From Vitreimonas sp. (GTDB taxonomy: Bacteria > Patescibacteriota > Microgenomatia > UBA1400 > PJMF01), in contig DASPLQ010000012.1 of NCBI GenBank assembly GCA_035627515.1, positions 199,269 through 263,268 of the forward strand: a stretch of DNA of 64,000 nt. Reading direction: 5' to 3'. The notes below the pieces were generated by a model that searched no databases, was not told the origin of the DNA, and saw only the letters and a list, made by a program, of their open reading frames with translations. Below are positions 9,202 through 17,845 of the stretch, in pieces; the first letter of the stretch is position 1, and each line of letters begins with the position of its first letter. The translations under genes were made by a program, and so were the position numbers.

Positions 9202-10579
9202 TTACCCCCCCGCTGCCAGCTGAGCAACTGGCGAACCTGAGTTACCTCTCTGAAACACCACCTGCTGCCGCAACTTGATAATTTTTTCTCCAGCATCAGT
9301 TACAGGCGGCATCTCTAACCCTGTGGTCCCACCCAGCTCAATTACTTTGGGTCGCGAAGCTGCTCCGTACTCCATCATTTCTTTCAGTCGCTCGATCAAC
9401 TTAGCTTCATCCGCAGGAGTGTACGCTAATTTCTCACCTTTCCGAAGTTTTTGCATGATCCACATCTCTGCTTCCCCCATAGCTGGTAACTGTATTTCTT
9501 TACCTTGCCGTTGATACCGCTCAGCAATTCGTTTTCCACGAGTAATAAGGCCCGGAATGTAATTAACTGTATCAGGCAACTGCTTACGACGATATGATTT
9601 TTGTAACAAGCGCTGAGCCTGATCTGGTTTAATACTCTCAATTCCACCCTCCAACACTCCTAAACCTGACCATAATCCCAAACGCATATAGCCATAGTGT
9701 AGTTCGTCATAAGGATGACGTTGATTATTACGTTCATTAACTGCTAAGGTGGGCAAAGACCACTCAATGTTGAGCGCTTTAGAAACCATGCCTAAATTTT
9801 TTAACACTTCAGTCAGAATACTTAGCCGCGTGGCCACAGTAAACTCACTAGCGGTATCTTTTAAATGCAGCTGTTTACTGCGTTCCTTAGCATCCATATC
9901 CCACTCCACTACGGCCAGCAAAGCCACTTTGCGACGCAGTTCCAACAAGAGTTGTTTATGTTTCTCTAAACCTTCTGGATTGCCAGGAATACTCAGTTTT
10001 TTCAACTCACGCATTTCTATGGAAGTATCACCTCTTTTGAGATAACCCGTTTCTTTCGCTTTGGGCATTTGGCGCAGACCCGCTTGATAAACTGTATGGT
10101 AATCAATATCCGAACGGCGGCGCAAAGTCTTAAAACTCGTCGTTGTATCGGTAGCATTGATCAATTGGGCAAAGGTAGTATTTTTTTCTGTGCTCTCAGC
10201 ATCTAAGCCCGTCAGCGCCCATTGCTCATGACTCAAGCCATCTTTCCATAGAGCAGCTCCATCAACCTGGACGTGCATTAGATAATCCATAAGCAAATGG
10301 ATGACATCCCCAAACTCGAGTGCCATTTTTTCGTACCCTTTGATGAAGGTTTCGAAAGAGGTTTGGGAGGACAACAACGTCATCAGCTCCACATAGGATC
10401 CAATGAACTCATCTACTTCTCGCATCATGCACCAGGCTAAAGTGCCGTGACTGTCGCGACCACCATAATCATCGCGATTAAGAGCAAAGGCGTTAATACG
10501 TTCGCGCACGGGCAAAAAAGTAATATGAGCATCATCAAAGTAGGTATAAAGCGGAGATGTTTCTGGAGGCTGTATGGCC
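9202..10579 (-). CDS. Hypothetical protein (459 aa), first gene of the dNK-like/tmk operon
   Basis: Long ORF with no recognised motif. The likely start is MAIQPP at 10579; the track shows 10653. Confidence 0.45.
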
Positions 10580-10798
10580 ATAAGCAAACTTCTTATAGCT
10601 GACACTAGTTTCATTAACTCTACGCATCCGCTACCCCAAATACAACCACACAAACTGGATCAAAAACACAAGATGTTGTGGTTAAAAAGCGGAGTCAAAA
10701 CTAGATTTGGTAAAGTTTATTTTTATTTAAGATTGTTCGGTCAACACAAACAAACGAAACTGAATAACGCTCTGCTATAATATAGGCTATTCTCACCT

Positions 10799-11455
10799 AT
10801 GACACACACCCCCACTCTTCCCAACCCCAATGACTTAAATCTCAACCGTGATCTAGAATTTTTATATGAGATTGGTTGTTTGCGTCATATTCAACGCACT
10901 TGGCGCCAATTTTTGAATCCTGATTTTCAAAACCTCAGTGAGCATATGTTGCGCGTGGTGTGGATCAGTTTAGTGCTGGCAAAATATGAAGGCGTTACTA
11001 ACACCGAGAAAATTATGAAGATGGCGATTATTCATGACCTCTCCGAAAGCCGCTCAGTTGACTCTCACTATGTCTCCCGCCAATATGTGGAGCGCTTCGA
11101 AGAAGAAGCCCTCGAAGACACGTTGGAAGGCACCGCTGTCCGCGATGAGTTCATGGCTATTTGGAAAGAGTATGAAGAGCGTGAATGTATCGAAGCTAAA
11201 ATTGTCAAAGATGCTGACACCCTCGATGTAGACATGGAACTTAAAGAGCAAGAATATCGAGGTTTGCGCCTCGGCGAAGATACCTTGGCTGGCCGCATGT
11301 ACGTGGCTCAAGAAAAACTCTACACCGATACCGCCCGCGAGTTGTTCTACATGATTCAGGAATCCAACCCTAACGACTGGCATCTCAAAGGCAAAAACCG
11401 CTTTACCAGTGGTGATTGGCGCAAGGCTAAACCAGAAAAGAAATCAGCTGCTTAA
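10799..11455 (+). CDS. HD-domain phosphohydrolase, YfbR-like 5'-deoxynucleotidase family
   Basis: HxxR...HDLSE...D pattern: SEHMLRVVWISLVLA, IIHDLSESRSVD and KDADTLDVD. Confidence 0.65.
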   Translation: MTHTPTLPNPNDLNLNRDLEFLYEIGCLRHIQRTWRQFLNPDFQNLSEHMLRVVWISLVLAKYEGVTNTEKIMKMAIIHDLSESRSVDSHYVSRQYVERFEEEALEDTLEGTAVRDEFMAIWKEYEERECIEAKIVKDADTLDVDMELKEQEYRGLRLGEDTLAGRMYVAQEKLYTDTARELFYMIQESNPNDWHLKGKNRFTSGDWRKAKPEKKSAA

Positions 11456-12084
11456 ACTTCTGGTGGTAGCTGACCCTGGTGTTGCTGATAATCAAGAATC
11501 CACTCAGTCAATTGATCACGATTAATTAACTCCATATTAGTTTCCCGCGCTAACTCAATTGCCGCGGCTGAAAAATAACTGTTCGTAATCACTACTGCTC
11601 GTTGCTTGTGATAGTAATCTCGTCCACCCGTCGCCTGATACAGCGCCTCCACGCCCACAAAGCCCTTGTAGCGTTTTACCTGTGCGGCGTAGGTGGTAGT
11701 TTCATCCCGGTACAACACATCGACACCAAAATCTTGCGCGGCGGCGGTGACGGTGACATCGTAATAACCTCGATCCCGCAGCACCGCTGCCACATAATGC
11801 TCAAACTCGTAGCCGGTCATGGTATCAATATCGGCTAGCTGTAGAGCGCGATGGCGTAAATGCTGATGACGCCAAATGAAATACAGCACACTGCTGCCTG
11901 TAATTAAAGCCATCACCACCAGAAAAACCGTTAAAACTTGTAATGGCACTGACAATTGACCTAGCTGTGAAAACCCTAAACCGATCAAAATAATAACTAA
12001 ACAAAACAAAATTTGTACCGTGCTCAAAGCCGGACCAGGGCGATACTTACGGGAGCGGCTGGAATATGAACGGGATTTAGCCAT
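11452..12084 (-). CDS. Membrane-anchored Mrr-like restriction endonuclease domain protein
   Basis: Two N-terminal hydrophobic helices, then an Mrr_cat-like core (GYEFEHYVAAVLRDRGY...DFGVDVLYR...AAQVKRYKG), i.e. the D-(D/E)xK PD-(D/E)xK nuclease fold. Confidence 0.6.
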   Translation of the reverse strand: MAKSRSYSSRSRKYRPGPALSTVQILFCLVIILIGLGFSQLGQLSVPLQVLTVFLVVMALITGSSVLYFIWRHQHLRHRALQLADIDTMTGYEFEHYVAAVLRDRGYYDVTVTAAAQDFGVDVLYRDETTTYAAQVKRYKGFVGVEALYQATGGRDYYHKQRAVVITNSYFSAAAIELARETNMELINRDQLTEWILDYQQHQGQLPPEV

Positions 12085-12150
12085 AATCGTATTTTACTTG
12101 GGATTTATTGCCTACACACTACTGGATTATGAGCGTGCAGTTTCTTCTGC

Positions 12151-12231
12151 GCTTACTACTGCAAAAGTCCCCCTGGAAACGTTACAAAACGTACATTTCG
12201 TACATAATGAACACTGTCCAGGCTCACTTCT
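12151..12231. repeat. Copy A of an ~85-bp conserved structured intergenic element (three GTACA repeats flanked by a CCTGG/CCAGG inverted repeat)
   Basis: CTTACT..GCAAAAGTCCCCCTGG..CAAAACGTACATTTCGTACATAATGAACACTGTCCAGGC..ACTTCTG. It shares an identical 20-mer and about 80% overall identity with 47718..47807. Confidence 0.7.
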
Positions 12232-12263
12232 GTATAGATGTCAAATCAAGGACAAGTTTCTTA

Positions 12264-12755
12264 CTACTTTAGCCAGTACCCCCACAAATAATAATCATCC
12301 CCATGCCAATGGTTTTTCAACTCTGCTTCCTTGGTAAAGCCTAATTTTTCTAAAATAACAATCCCGCCTTCATTTTTGACATTAGTATCGCACCACACTT
12401 TATGAATATGAGGATAGTGCTGACGCAAATGTTCAAAAGTGAACTCATGCATTTGGCGGCCAATGCCTTGACCTTGATGTATTTCTAACACCCCAGTCAA
12501 ATGAAGATACAGCGTACCCGAATCAAACTTAGCGACGCGTGCAGCCACTATATTTCCCTCCAGCTTTCCAGCAATCAAAAGATAACTTCCACTAACTAAC
12601 TTTTCCTTGATAACAGCTTCTGTTAACTCAGCCGCTTCCTCTTTTTTTGCCGCTTCCTTATACAAATGCTGCAAACTTTGCCAAACTGTCACTAATACCT
12701 GGGTAAATTCAGGAACATCTTCAGGAGTAATCGGAGCAAACTCAACAGTTCTCAT
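12264..12755 (-). CDS. GNAT family N-acetyltransferase
   Basis: Acetyl-CoA binding motif HQGQGIGRQMHEF and a length typical of GNAT. Confidence 0.65.
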   Translation of the reverse strand: MRTVEFAPITPEDVPEFTQVLVTVWQSLQHLYKEAAKKEEAAELTEAVIKEKLVSGSYLLIAGKLEGNIVAARVAKFDSGTLYLHLTGVLEIHQGQGIGRQMHEFTFEHLRQHYPHIHKVWCDTNVKNEGGIVILEKLGFTKEAELKNHWHGDDYYLWGYWLK

Positions 12756-12757
12756 AT

Positions 12758-13273
12758 CTACACCACATCATATTCCAACAACAACGTTTGCTCGCCCAGT
12801 TTTTGTTGAGACACCAGCTGCAATTTTACATCCAAAGCATCATTAAATAACTTCACACCCTGGCCAAAAATCACGGGTTCCACCGATAGATACAATTTAT
12901 TGACCACCCCTGCCTTCATAAACTGAGTGTAAATTGAGGAGCCCCCACAGATAGCTAACTCCTCTACTCCTTCTGCCTCCAAACGTTTGACAAGTTCCTG
13001 AGGTGATTCATTTGTCGGTTGGGTAGTAATTATTTCTGGTTTAGGGTTAATAAATTCGTTTGGCTTGCTTGTATAAATGTAAAAAGTGAGGCCACGGGGA
13101 AATTTGCTAAAAGTCCCAAAGGTGGTGGAACCCATCACCACATGTTTGGCGCGCTTAATACTGTCCACATAAAAGCGCTTATCTTCTTGGCTGGTCCACT
13201 CAAATGAGCGGTGCGTGCTGCTGCCACCAATACAACCATCCATACTGATCGCGGCAATTAAAAAGACTGTCAT
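12758..13273 (-). CDS. Dihydrofolate reductase family protein (RibD C-terminal-domain type)
   Basis: LIAAISMDGCIGG...VVMGSTTF...ICGGSSIYTQFMKAGVVNKLYLSVEPVIFGQGVKLF matches the YwjB/RibD_C DHFR-family pattern. Confidence 0.6.
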   Translation of the reverse strand: MTVFLIAAISMDGCIGGSSTHRSFEWTSQEDKRFYVDSIKRAKHVVMGSTTFGTFSKFPRGLTFYIYTSKPNEFINPKPEIITTQPTNESPQELVKRLEAEGVEELAICGGSSIYTQFMKAGVVNKLYLSVEPVIFGQGVKLFNDALDVKLQLVSQQKLGEQTLLLEYDVV

Positions 13274-13408
13274 AGGTGTATCCTAACATGATCACTTTAT
13301 GCTCTGTTGACAGAAAAAGCTGTTCTTAAAGCAGTTTAAAACTACCCTCTGCCATGCAAGGTTAAGTAAAGAATACTAGTTATAATAAAGTATAAGGAGA
13401 ATTACCTT

Positions 13409-13648
13409 ATGACTAAAAAAGACCTGCAACAAATTACCAATATCCTCATTGGTGACGAGTATACTAATCATTTGAAAAGCATTTTCGTGACTAAAGAAGA
13501 GTTTATAACTCGCTTCGATACGGTCATCAATGAACTTAAAGGTATTCGTGAGGAAATTACTATTCTCGCTCACCACTCTCAGGAATATTATGATCAATTG
13601 GAAAATCATGAACACCGATTGAGAACGTGTGAACAAAAGCTCGCCTAA
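13409..13648 (+). CDS. Small coiled-coil hypothetical protein
   Basis: 79-aa ORF with AAGGAG 8 nt upstream of ATG and TATAAT at 13379-13384. The overlapping 93-aa ORF on the minus strand has no such signals. Confidence 0.5.
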   Translation: MTKKDLQQITNILIGDEYTNHLKSIFVTKEEFITRFDTVINELKGIREEITILAHHSQEYYDQLENHEHRLRTCEQKLA

Positions 13649-13738
13649 TTTTTTCAACCCTTGCCGAGTCTAAACGCGCTTGTTACAGTAAGAGCAGTTT
13701 AGTCACTCATTTCCCGTGTCATAAAGTAGGAAGGTTGT

Positions 13739-14437
13739 ATGAATCAAGTTACTGATCATTTTGAAATTGAAATTAAAAGTTTACTGGGAACAGCAGACAA
13801 AGCAGAGGCTTTGCGATCACAGTTGCACGCCCGCTACCCGAGTCTAAAACAAGTCGAAGATAGCTCACAACTCAATCATTATTTTGTCGGCAATGATGAC
13901 AATTTACCTTTTTTAATCGAGAAAATTTCGTCACATATTTCGACAAAAGACCAACAAAAACTTCAAACTATGATTGGCAAAGCTCGCAAAGCTTCCGTTC
14001 GCACGCGCCTCCTGAACGATACGGTGATTCTAGTAATTAAAGCTTCTATCGATGACACCACCAGTTCTAATGGGATTGCGCGCCTCGAATTTGAAGCGAC
14101 AACTCCTGATTTATCAATTGATGAGCTTGATCAACTAGTTCTTTCTGCTGGCTATGAGTATCAGGCTAAATGGTCACGCGCCCGTCAAGCTTACCAACTC
14201 GATAACGATACCACTGTCTCGATCGATAAAAATGCGGGTTACGGCTACTTAGCTGAGTTTGAAAAAGTTGTCCACTCTGCTGACGCTGCCGATGCCACTC
14301 AAACTGAACTAAGAGAGTTGATGGCAGAACTGGGTGCAGCGGAGTTAGCACAAGACCGCTTAGAGCGCATGTTTGCTTATTACAATGAACATTGGCCCGA
14401 GTATTACGGAACCGAGAAAACCTTCAGTATTGAATAA
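13739..14437 (+). CDS. CYTH-domain protein (triphosphate tunnel metalloenzyme / class IV adenylyl cyclase family)
   Basis: N-terminal ExExK signature HFEIEIKSLL, later basic and acidic beta-strand motifs (ARKASVRTR, RLEFEA). The dcd start lies 12 nt downstream. Confidence 0.55.
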   Translation: MNQVTDHFEIEIKSLLGTADKAEALRSQLHARYPSLKQVEDSSQLNHYFVGNDDNLPFLIEKISSHISTKDQQKLQTMIGKARKASVRTRLLNDTVILVIKASIDDTTSSNGIARLEFEATTPDLSIDELDQLVLSAGYEYQAKWSRARQAYQLDNDTTVSIDKNAGYGYLAEFEKVVHSADAADATQTELRELMAELGAAELAQDRLERMFAYYNEHWPEYYGTEKTFSIE

Positions 14438-14449
14438 AAAGGAGTATGT

Positions 14450-15004
14450 ATGTTTTTATCTGACCTCGATATCAAAAAAGCTTTAACTGATGGTGACATT
14501 ACCATCAAAGACTTTGATGAAAAGCGCCTCCAACCTGCCAGTTATGACATTTTATTAGGACATAAATTTATCGTCACTGAACCCCACTCTACTCAATATA
14601 TTGATCCTGTGAAAGGCATTTTTTCTAAAACGCGGGAAATTATTTTACAAGATGATGAGCAGTTTGTGCTCCACCCCGGTGTCAGCTTACTGGGCACGAC
14701 TTGGGATTATGTGGGTAGCAAAGGTGATTACCTAATTCATATCTCTGGCAAAAGTAGTTTGGCCCGTATCGGACTAATTGTCCACAACACTGCCGGTATC
14801 GTGAACCCCGGTCACTACCTGCACATTACTTTGGAGTTGGCTAATTTAAATAACGTCCCCATTATTTTGCGTCCCAAAATGGAAATTGCACAGTTGTTAT
14901 TCTCTAAGTTGACGCGAGCCGTCAGTCGCGACTACAGCCAAACTGGTCGCTACGGCCATGGTGAGGACAACTGGGCAGGCATTAAGCCAGCCAAGAAAAA
15001 GTAA
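14450..15004 (+). CDS. dcd: dCTP deaminase family protein (dUTPase fold)
   Basis: GKSSLARIGLIVHNTAGIVNPG parallels the Dcd RSSLARLGL...G.IDPG motif. Length of 184 aa. Confidence 0.75.
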   Translation: MFLSDLDIKKALTDGDITIKDFDEKRLQPASYDILLGHKFIVTEPHSTQYIDPVKGIFSKTREIILQDDEQFVLHPGVSLLGTTWDYVGSKGDYLIHISGKSSLARIGLIVHNTAGIVNPGHYLHITLELANLNNVPIILRPKMEIAQLLFSKLTRAVSRDYSQTGRYGHGEDNWAGIKPAKKK

Positions 15005-15010
15005 TTTTTT

Positions 15011-15259
15011 ATGAGTCGAAAAGGCATTCTTTTTGGCCTGATCCTGCTAGCCGCAGTCTTTGCGCCCTTATGGTTCAAAATGGTGGTGGCCGGTAAAGGA
15101 TTGATTGGCGTGCTAGGCGTTACTTTCTTTGGCCTGATTGCCTTGGGTGGCGGCGCGGTGGGAATTATCATCACCTTTGTGATGTACTGGCTGATCGCAA
15201 AAAAATCAGAACAAGCCATTCGCGAGTACGAAGCTAAACAAAAATTAAAAAAGCCTTAG
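15011..15259 (+). CDS. Small membrane protein (2 TM)
   Basis: 82-aa hydrophobic ORF 7 nt after the dcd stop, with a Lys-rich C-terminus. Confidence 0.45.
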   Translation: MSRKGILFGLILLAAVFAPLWFKMVVAGKGLIGVLGVTFFGLIALGGGAVGIIITFVMYWLIAKKSEQAIREYEAKQKLKKP

Positions 15260-15279
15260 TTGTAATGTAAGCCCACTCC

Positions 15280-15501
15280 ATGATTTCGCGCCCTGTCCGA
15301 GCTCTTATTATTTACCTTATTTTTGTTACCCTCACTTCTTTGTCCTCTCTGGAAGCGGGAATTGTTTGGTGGGAGTTGCTCGGAACACATCTCTTCTTTT
15401 TAAGTGCGATGCTGTTGCTGGCCTTGAAGAAAGCTATGATTACGTTTCTTTTTGATTCCGTTGTGGAGTTTATACACAAAGTGTTTTCCAGAAAAAATTA
15501 G
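15280..15501 (+). CDS. Small membrane protein
   Basis: 73-aa hydrophobic ORF in the same operon position. Confidence 0.4.
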   Translation: MISRPVRALIIYLIFVTLTSLSSLEAGIVWWELLGTHLFFLSAMLLLALKKAMITFLFDSVVEFIHKVFSRKN

Positions 15502-15577
15502 GTTAGATACCTTCATTTGAGCGACATCAAAAATCCCTCTTGCCTGTTTGAGTCCTCACGACTAGGATGAACAACAT

Positions 15578-16582
15578 ATGACAGCTTCATCTTCTTCTCA
15601 ACATCCTGAGTTTCAATACCTGAACTTACTGCGTGACATCATGGAGACAGGTTTTGAGAAGCATGAGTTTAATAGTGGCATTGCCCTAAAAAGTGTTTTT
15701 GGCCGGATGATGCGCTACGATTTGTCACAAGGTTTTCCCCTCTTAACCACCAAAAAAGTGTTCCTCAAAGGTATTATTCATGAGTTAATTTGGTTTTTAA
15801 AAGGTGACGCCAACATCAAGTATTTGGTAGATAACAACGTCCATATTTGGGATGATTGGGCTTTTAAAGAATATGCCAAGGCTGCCAAAGCTGGTGAACA
15901 ACCTGAACTGACTCAGGTAGAGTTCGTGGCCAAAATTAAAGATGAGGCGGGGTTCGCTGCCAAGTGGGGTGAGTTAGGACCCGTGTATGGTCGTCAATGG
16001 CGCCGCTGGCCAGCCGCTGATGGTCGCGAGATCGACCAACTTACGTGGGCAATCGAAAAAGTGCGTAAATACCCTGATCGTAAACACACGGTGGTTTCTG
16101 CCTGGAATCCTGAATACATTTATGAAATGGCTGCACCTGGCACCTCGATGGCCATTCCTCCCTGCCACACTATGTTCCAACTAAATGTAATTGATGGCAA
16201 GTTATCACTGGCTTTGTTCCAGCGCAGTGCTGATATGTTCTTAGGCATCCCCTTTAACATCGCTAGTTATGCACTCTTAACTATCATCATCGCTCAGGTT
16301 ACAGGTTATGAACCCGGTGAGTTTGTCCACATGGTCGGTGACGCTCATATTTACAGCAACCACTATGACCAAGTTCGTGAACAAATCAGCCGTGAGCCAC
16401 GCCCCTTCCCCACCATTAAAATTAATCCCGCCAAGAAAAACATCGATGACTTTGTGTTTGAAGACTTCGAGATCGTAGGCTACGATCCTCATCCTCCTAT
16501 CAAAGGTGAGATCACCGTGGTCGGTGGCTTCAAAGAAGAAGATCGCAAGAAGTTTGTGAAAGATAAGAAGAAGGCTAAGTAA
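15578..16582 (+). CDS. thyA: Thymidylate synthase ThyA (dUMP-specific signature retained) with an internal insertion and a Lys-rich C-terminal extension
   Basis: Aligns throughout with E. coli ThyA: GFPLLTTKKVFLKGIIHELIWFLKGD, catalytic AIPPCH, and QRSADMFLGIPFNIASYALL retaining the Asn of PFN. It carries a ~35-aa insert after IWDDWA and a ~20-aa tail GGFKEEDRKKFVKDKKKAK. Confidence 0.9.
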   Translation: MTASSSSQHPEFQYLNLLRDIMETGFEKHEFNSGIALKSVFGRMMRYDLSQGFPLLTTKKVFLKGIIHELIWFLKGDANIKYLVDNNVHIWDDWAFKEYAKAAKAGEQPELTQVEFVAKIKDEAGFAAKWGELGPVYGRQWRRWPAADGREIDQLTWAIEKVRKYPDRKHTVVSAWNPEYIYEMAAPGTSMAIPPCHTMFQLNVIDGKLSLALFQRSADMFLGIPFNIASYALLTIIIAQVTGYEPGEFVHMVGDAHIYSNHYDQVREQISREPRPFPTIKINPAKKNIDDFVFEDFEIVGYDPHPPIKGEITVVGGFKEEDRKKFVKDKKKAK

Positions 16583-16584
16583 AG

Positions 16585-16770
16585 TTACAACACCCGCTTT
16601 TTACCTTCAAACGGCTCAGTTTTAATGGGGCCACGGAATAACCTGCGCAGATACTTGTAAATACCGAGGATTATCGTCATGACAGGTTCAACTGCTGCCA
16701 TCAACGCGGCAAAGAGAGCTAATACTAAAACGAGTACAGCGATCAGCGTTGACATACAAGGTCTCCTCAT
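16585..16770 (-). CDS. Putative small membrane protein
   Basis: 61-aa hydrophobic ORF; weak support. Confidence 0.25.
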   Translation of the reverse strand: MRRPCMSTLIAVLVLVLALFAALMAAVEPVMTIILGIYKYLRRLFRGPIKTEPFEGKKRVL

Positions 16771-16806
16771 CCGCTAGCTGGCGGAGTTAATTACTTAAAT
16801 ACCTAA

Positions 16807-17829
16807 TTATTTTTTTACTTTCTCGAGTATATCATCTGCGATGACAGGGCCAAAATTACGGAAGTGACGGATAAATCCTTCATCAGCAATAAGTTTGCCA
16901 AGTGTGCCGGCAAAATATAATCCAGACTGACGACGTGATTGGTGATGCTCATCTAAATCTAGTAACCAGTCATGACCATCTTCGTGGGTACCGACATAGT
17001 TTTTGACGGTCTCAATGGTGGGCAAAAAGCCAATACACACAATCGGCTTAGTAGTTGAAGTCACACTTTCACCTGTGGTGCTAATTAACCGATAGCCTTC
17101 CTCAGCCTTTTCAATTTTCGCAGCCCGAAAGTTCTCTTTAATTTTTACTAAACCTTGCTTTTCTAAATCTTTAATAAACTTCATATTCTCTTTCCACAAA
17201 CAATCGATCGGCTCAGGTATGGTGTACTCATGCGTAGCGATCATCGTCACCACTCGGCCGGGTTGGGCTAAGGCCATCACTACCCCACTGGCCCCATTAG
17301 CACTCCCCACTACGGTCACTTCTGAATCTGTGATTTGAGTGTAATCTTTAATCCGCGCATAATGCACATAGTACTCTTCACCCTCGAGACTTTCGTTGGG
17401 AGTAGTAAACATACCCGCAGCCCAAATCAAAAACTGAGCCGTGAATACCTCGCCGCTCTCGGTAGTAATGGTAAACTGAGATTGCTCTTCACTCCACTCT
17501 ACCTTGACCACACAAGTGTGAGGTAAAACCTGCAGTTTTTTTTGCTCCACTACCGTCCGTAAGTACTTTTGATATGCCAAGTGACTAGGATGTGGGACGT
17601 TAGGCATCACGTCAGCCATCTTGAGATCTGCAATCATATTATCGTCATTAGCTTCACTACTTTCCGATAATAAATGGGTCTCAGCAGGATAATCTAACCA
17701 CGCTTGGCCAATCTCACCTTTTTCAATTACCAGCACGTCATCAATGCCTCGGTCTTTCAAAGCCGCGGCCGCGGTCAAACCACCGGGGCCGGCCCCCACT
17801 ACGATGGCTGTAAAATGTGTCTGATTCAT
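16807..17829 (-). CDS. FAD/NAD(P)-binding oxidoreductase
   Basis: N-terminal dinucleotide-binding motif IVVGAGPGGLTAAAALK and a second GxGxxG-like VTVVGSANGASG. Confidence 0.6.
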   Translation of the reverse strand: MNQTHFTAIVVGAGPGGLTAAAALKDRGIDDVLVIEKGEIGQAWLDYPAETHLLSESSEANDDNMIADLKMADVMPNVPHPSHLAYQKYLRTVVEQKKLQVLPHTCVVKVEWSEEQSQFTITTESGEVFTAQFLIWAAGMFTTPNESLEGEEYYVHYARIKDYTQITDSEVTVVGSANGASGVVMALAQPGRVVTMIATHEYTIPEPIDCLWKENMKFIKDLEKQGLVKIKENFRAAKIEKAEEGYRLISTTGESVTSTTKPIVCIGFLPTIETVKNYVGTHEDGHDWLLDLDEHHQSRRQSGLYFAGTLGKLIADEGFIRHFRNFGPVIADDILEKVKK

Positions 17830-17845
17830 GTTTACCTTAATTACT

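Noticed and set aside
11034-11383. Several 60-110-aa ORFs inside the HD-domain gene on both strands (and similar nested ORFs throughout the track)
   Set aside because: They are nested within well-supported longer genes, lack RBS, and have low-complexity or biased composition, so they are typical spurious frames.
13376-13657. 93-aa minus-strand ORF overlapping the 79-aa plus-strand ORF
   Set aside because: The plus-strand ORF has AAGGAG at the right spacing and an upstream TATAAT, while the minus-strand ORF has neither and an odd composition, so only the plus-strand gene is kept.
14450-15004. dCTP deaminase as an anti-phage nucleotide-depletion effector
   Set aside because: It is a short canonical Dcd with no kinase or other fusion domain, sitting next to thyA in a dTTP-supply arrangement. 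Housekeeping function is the parsimonious reading.
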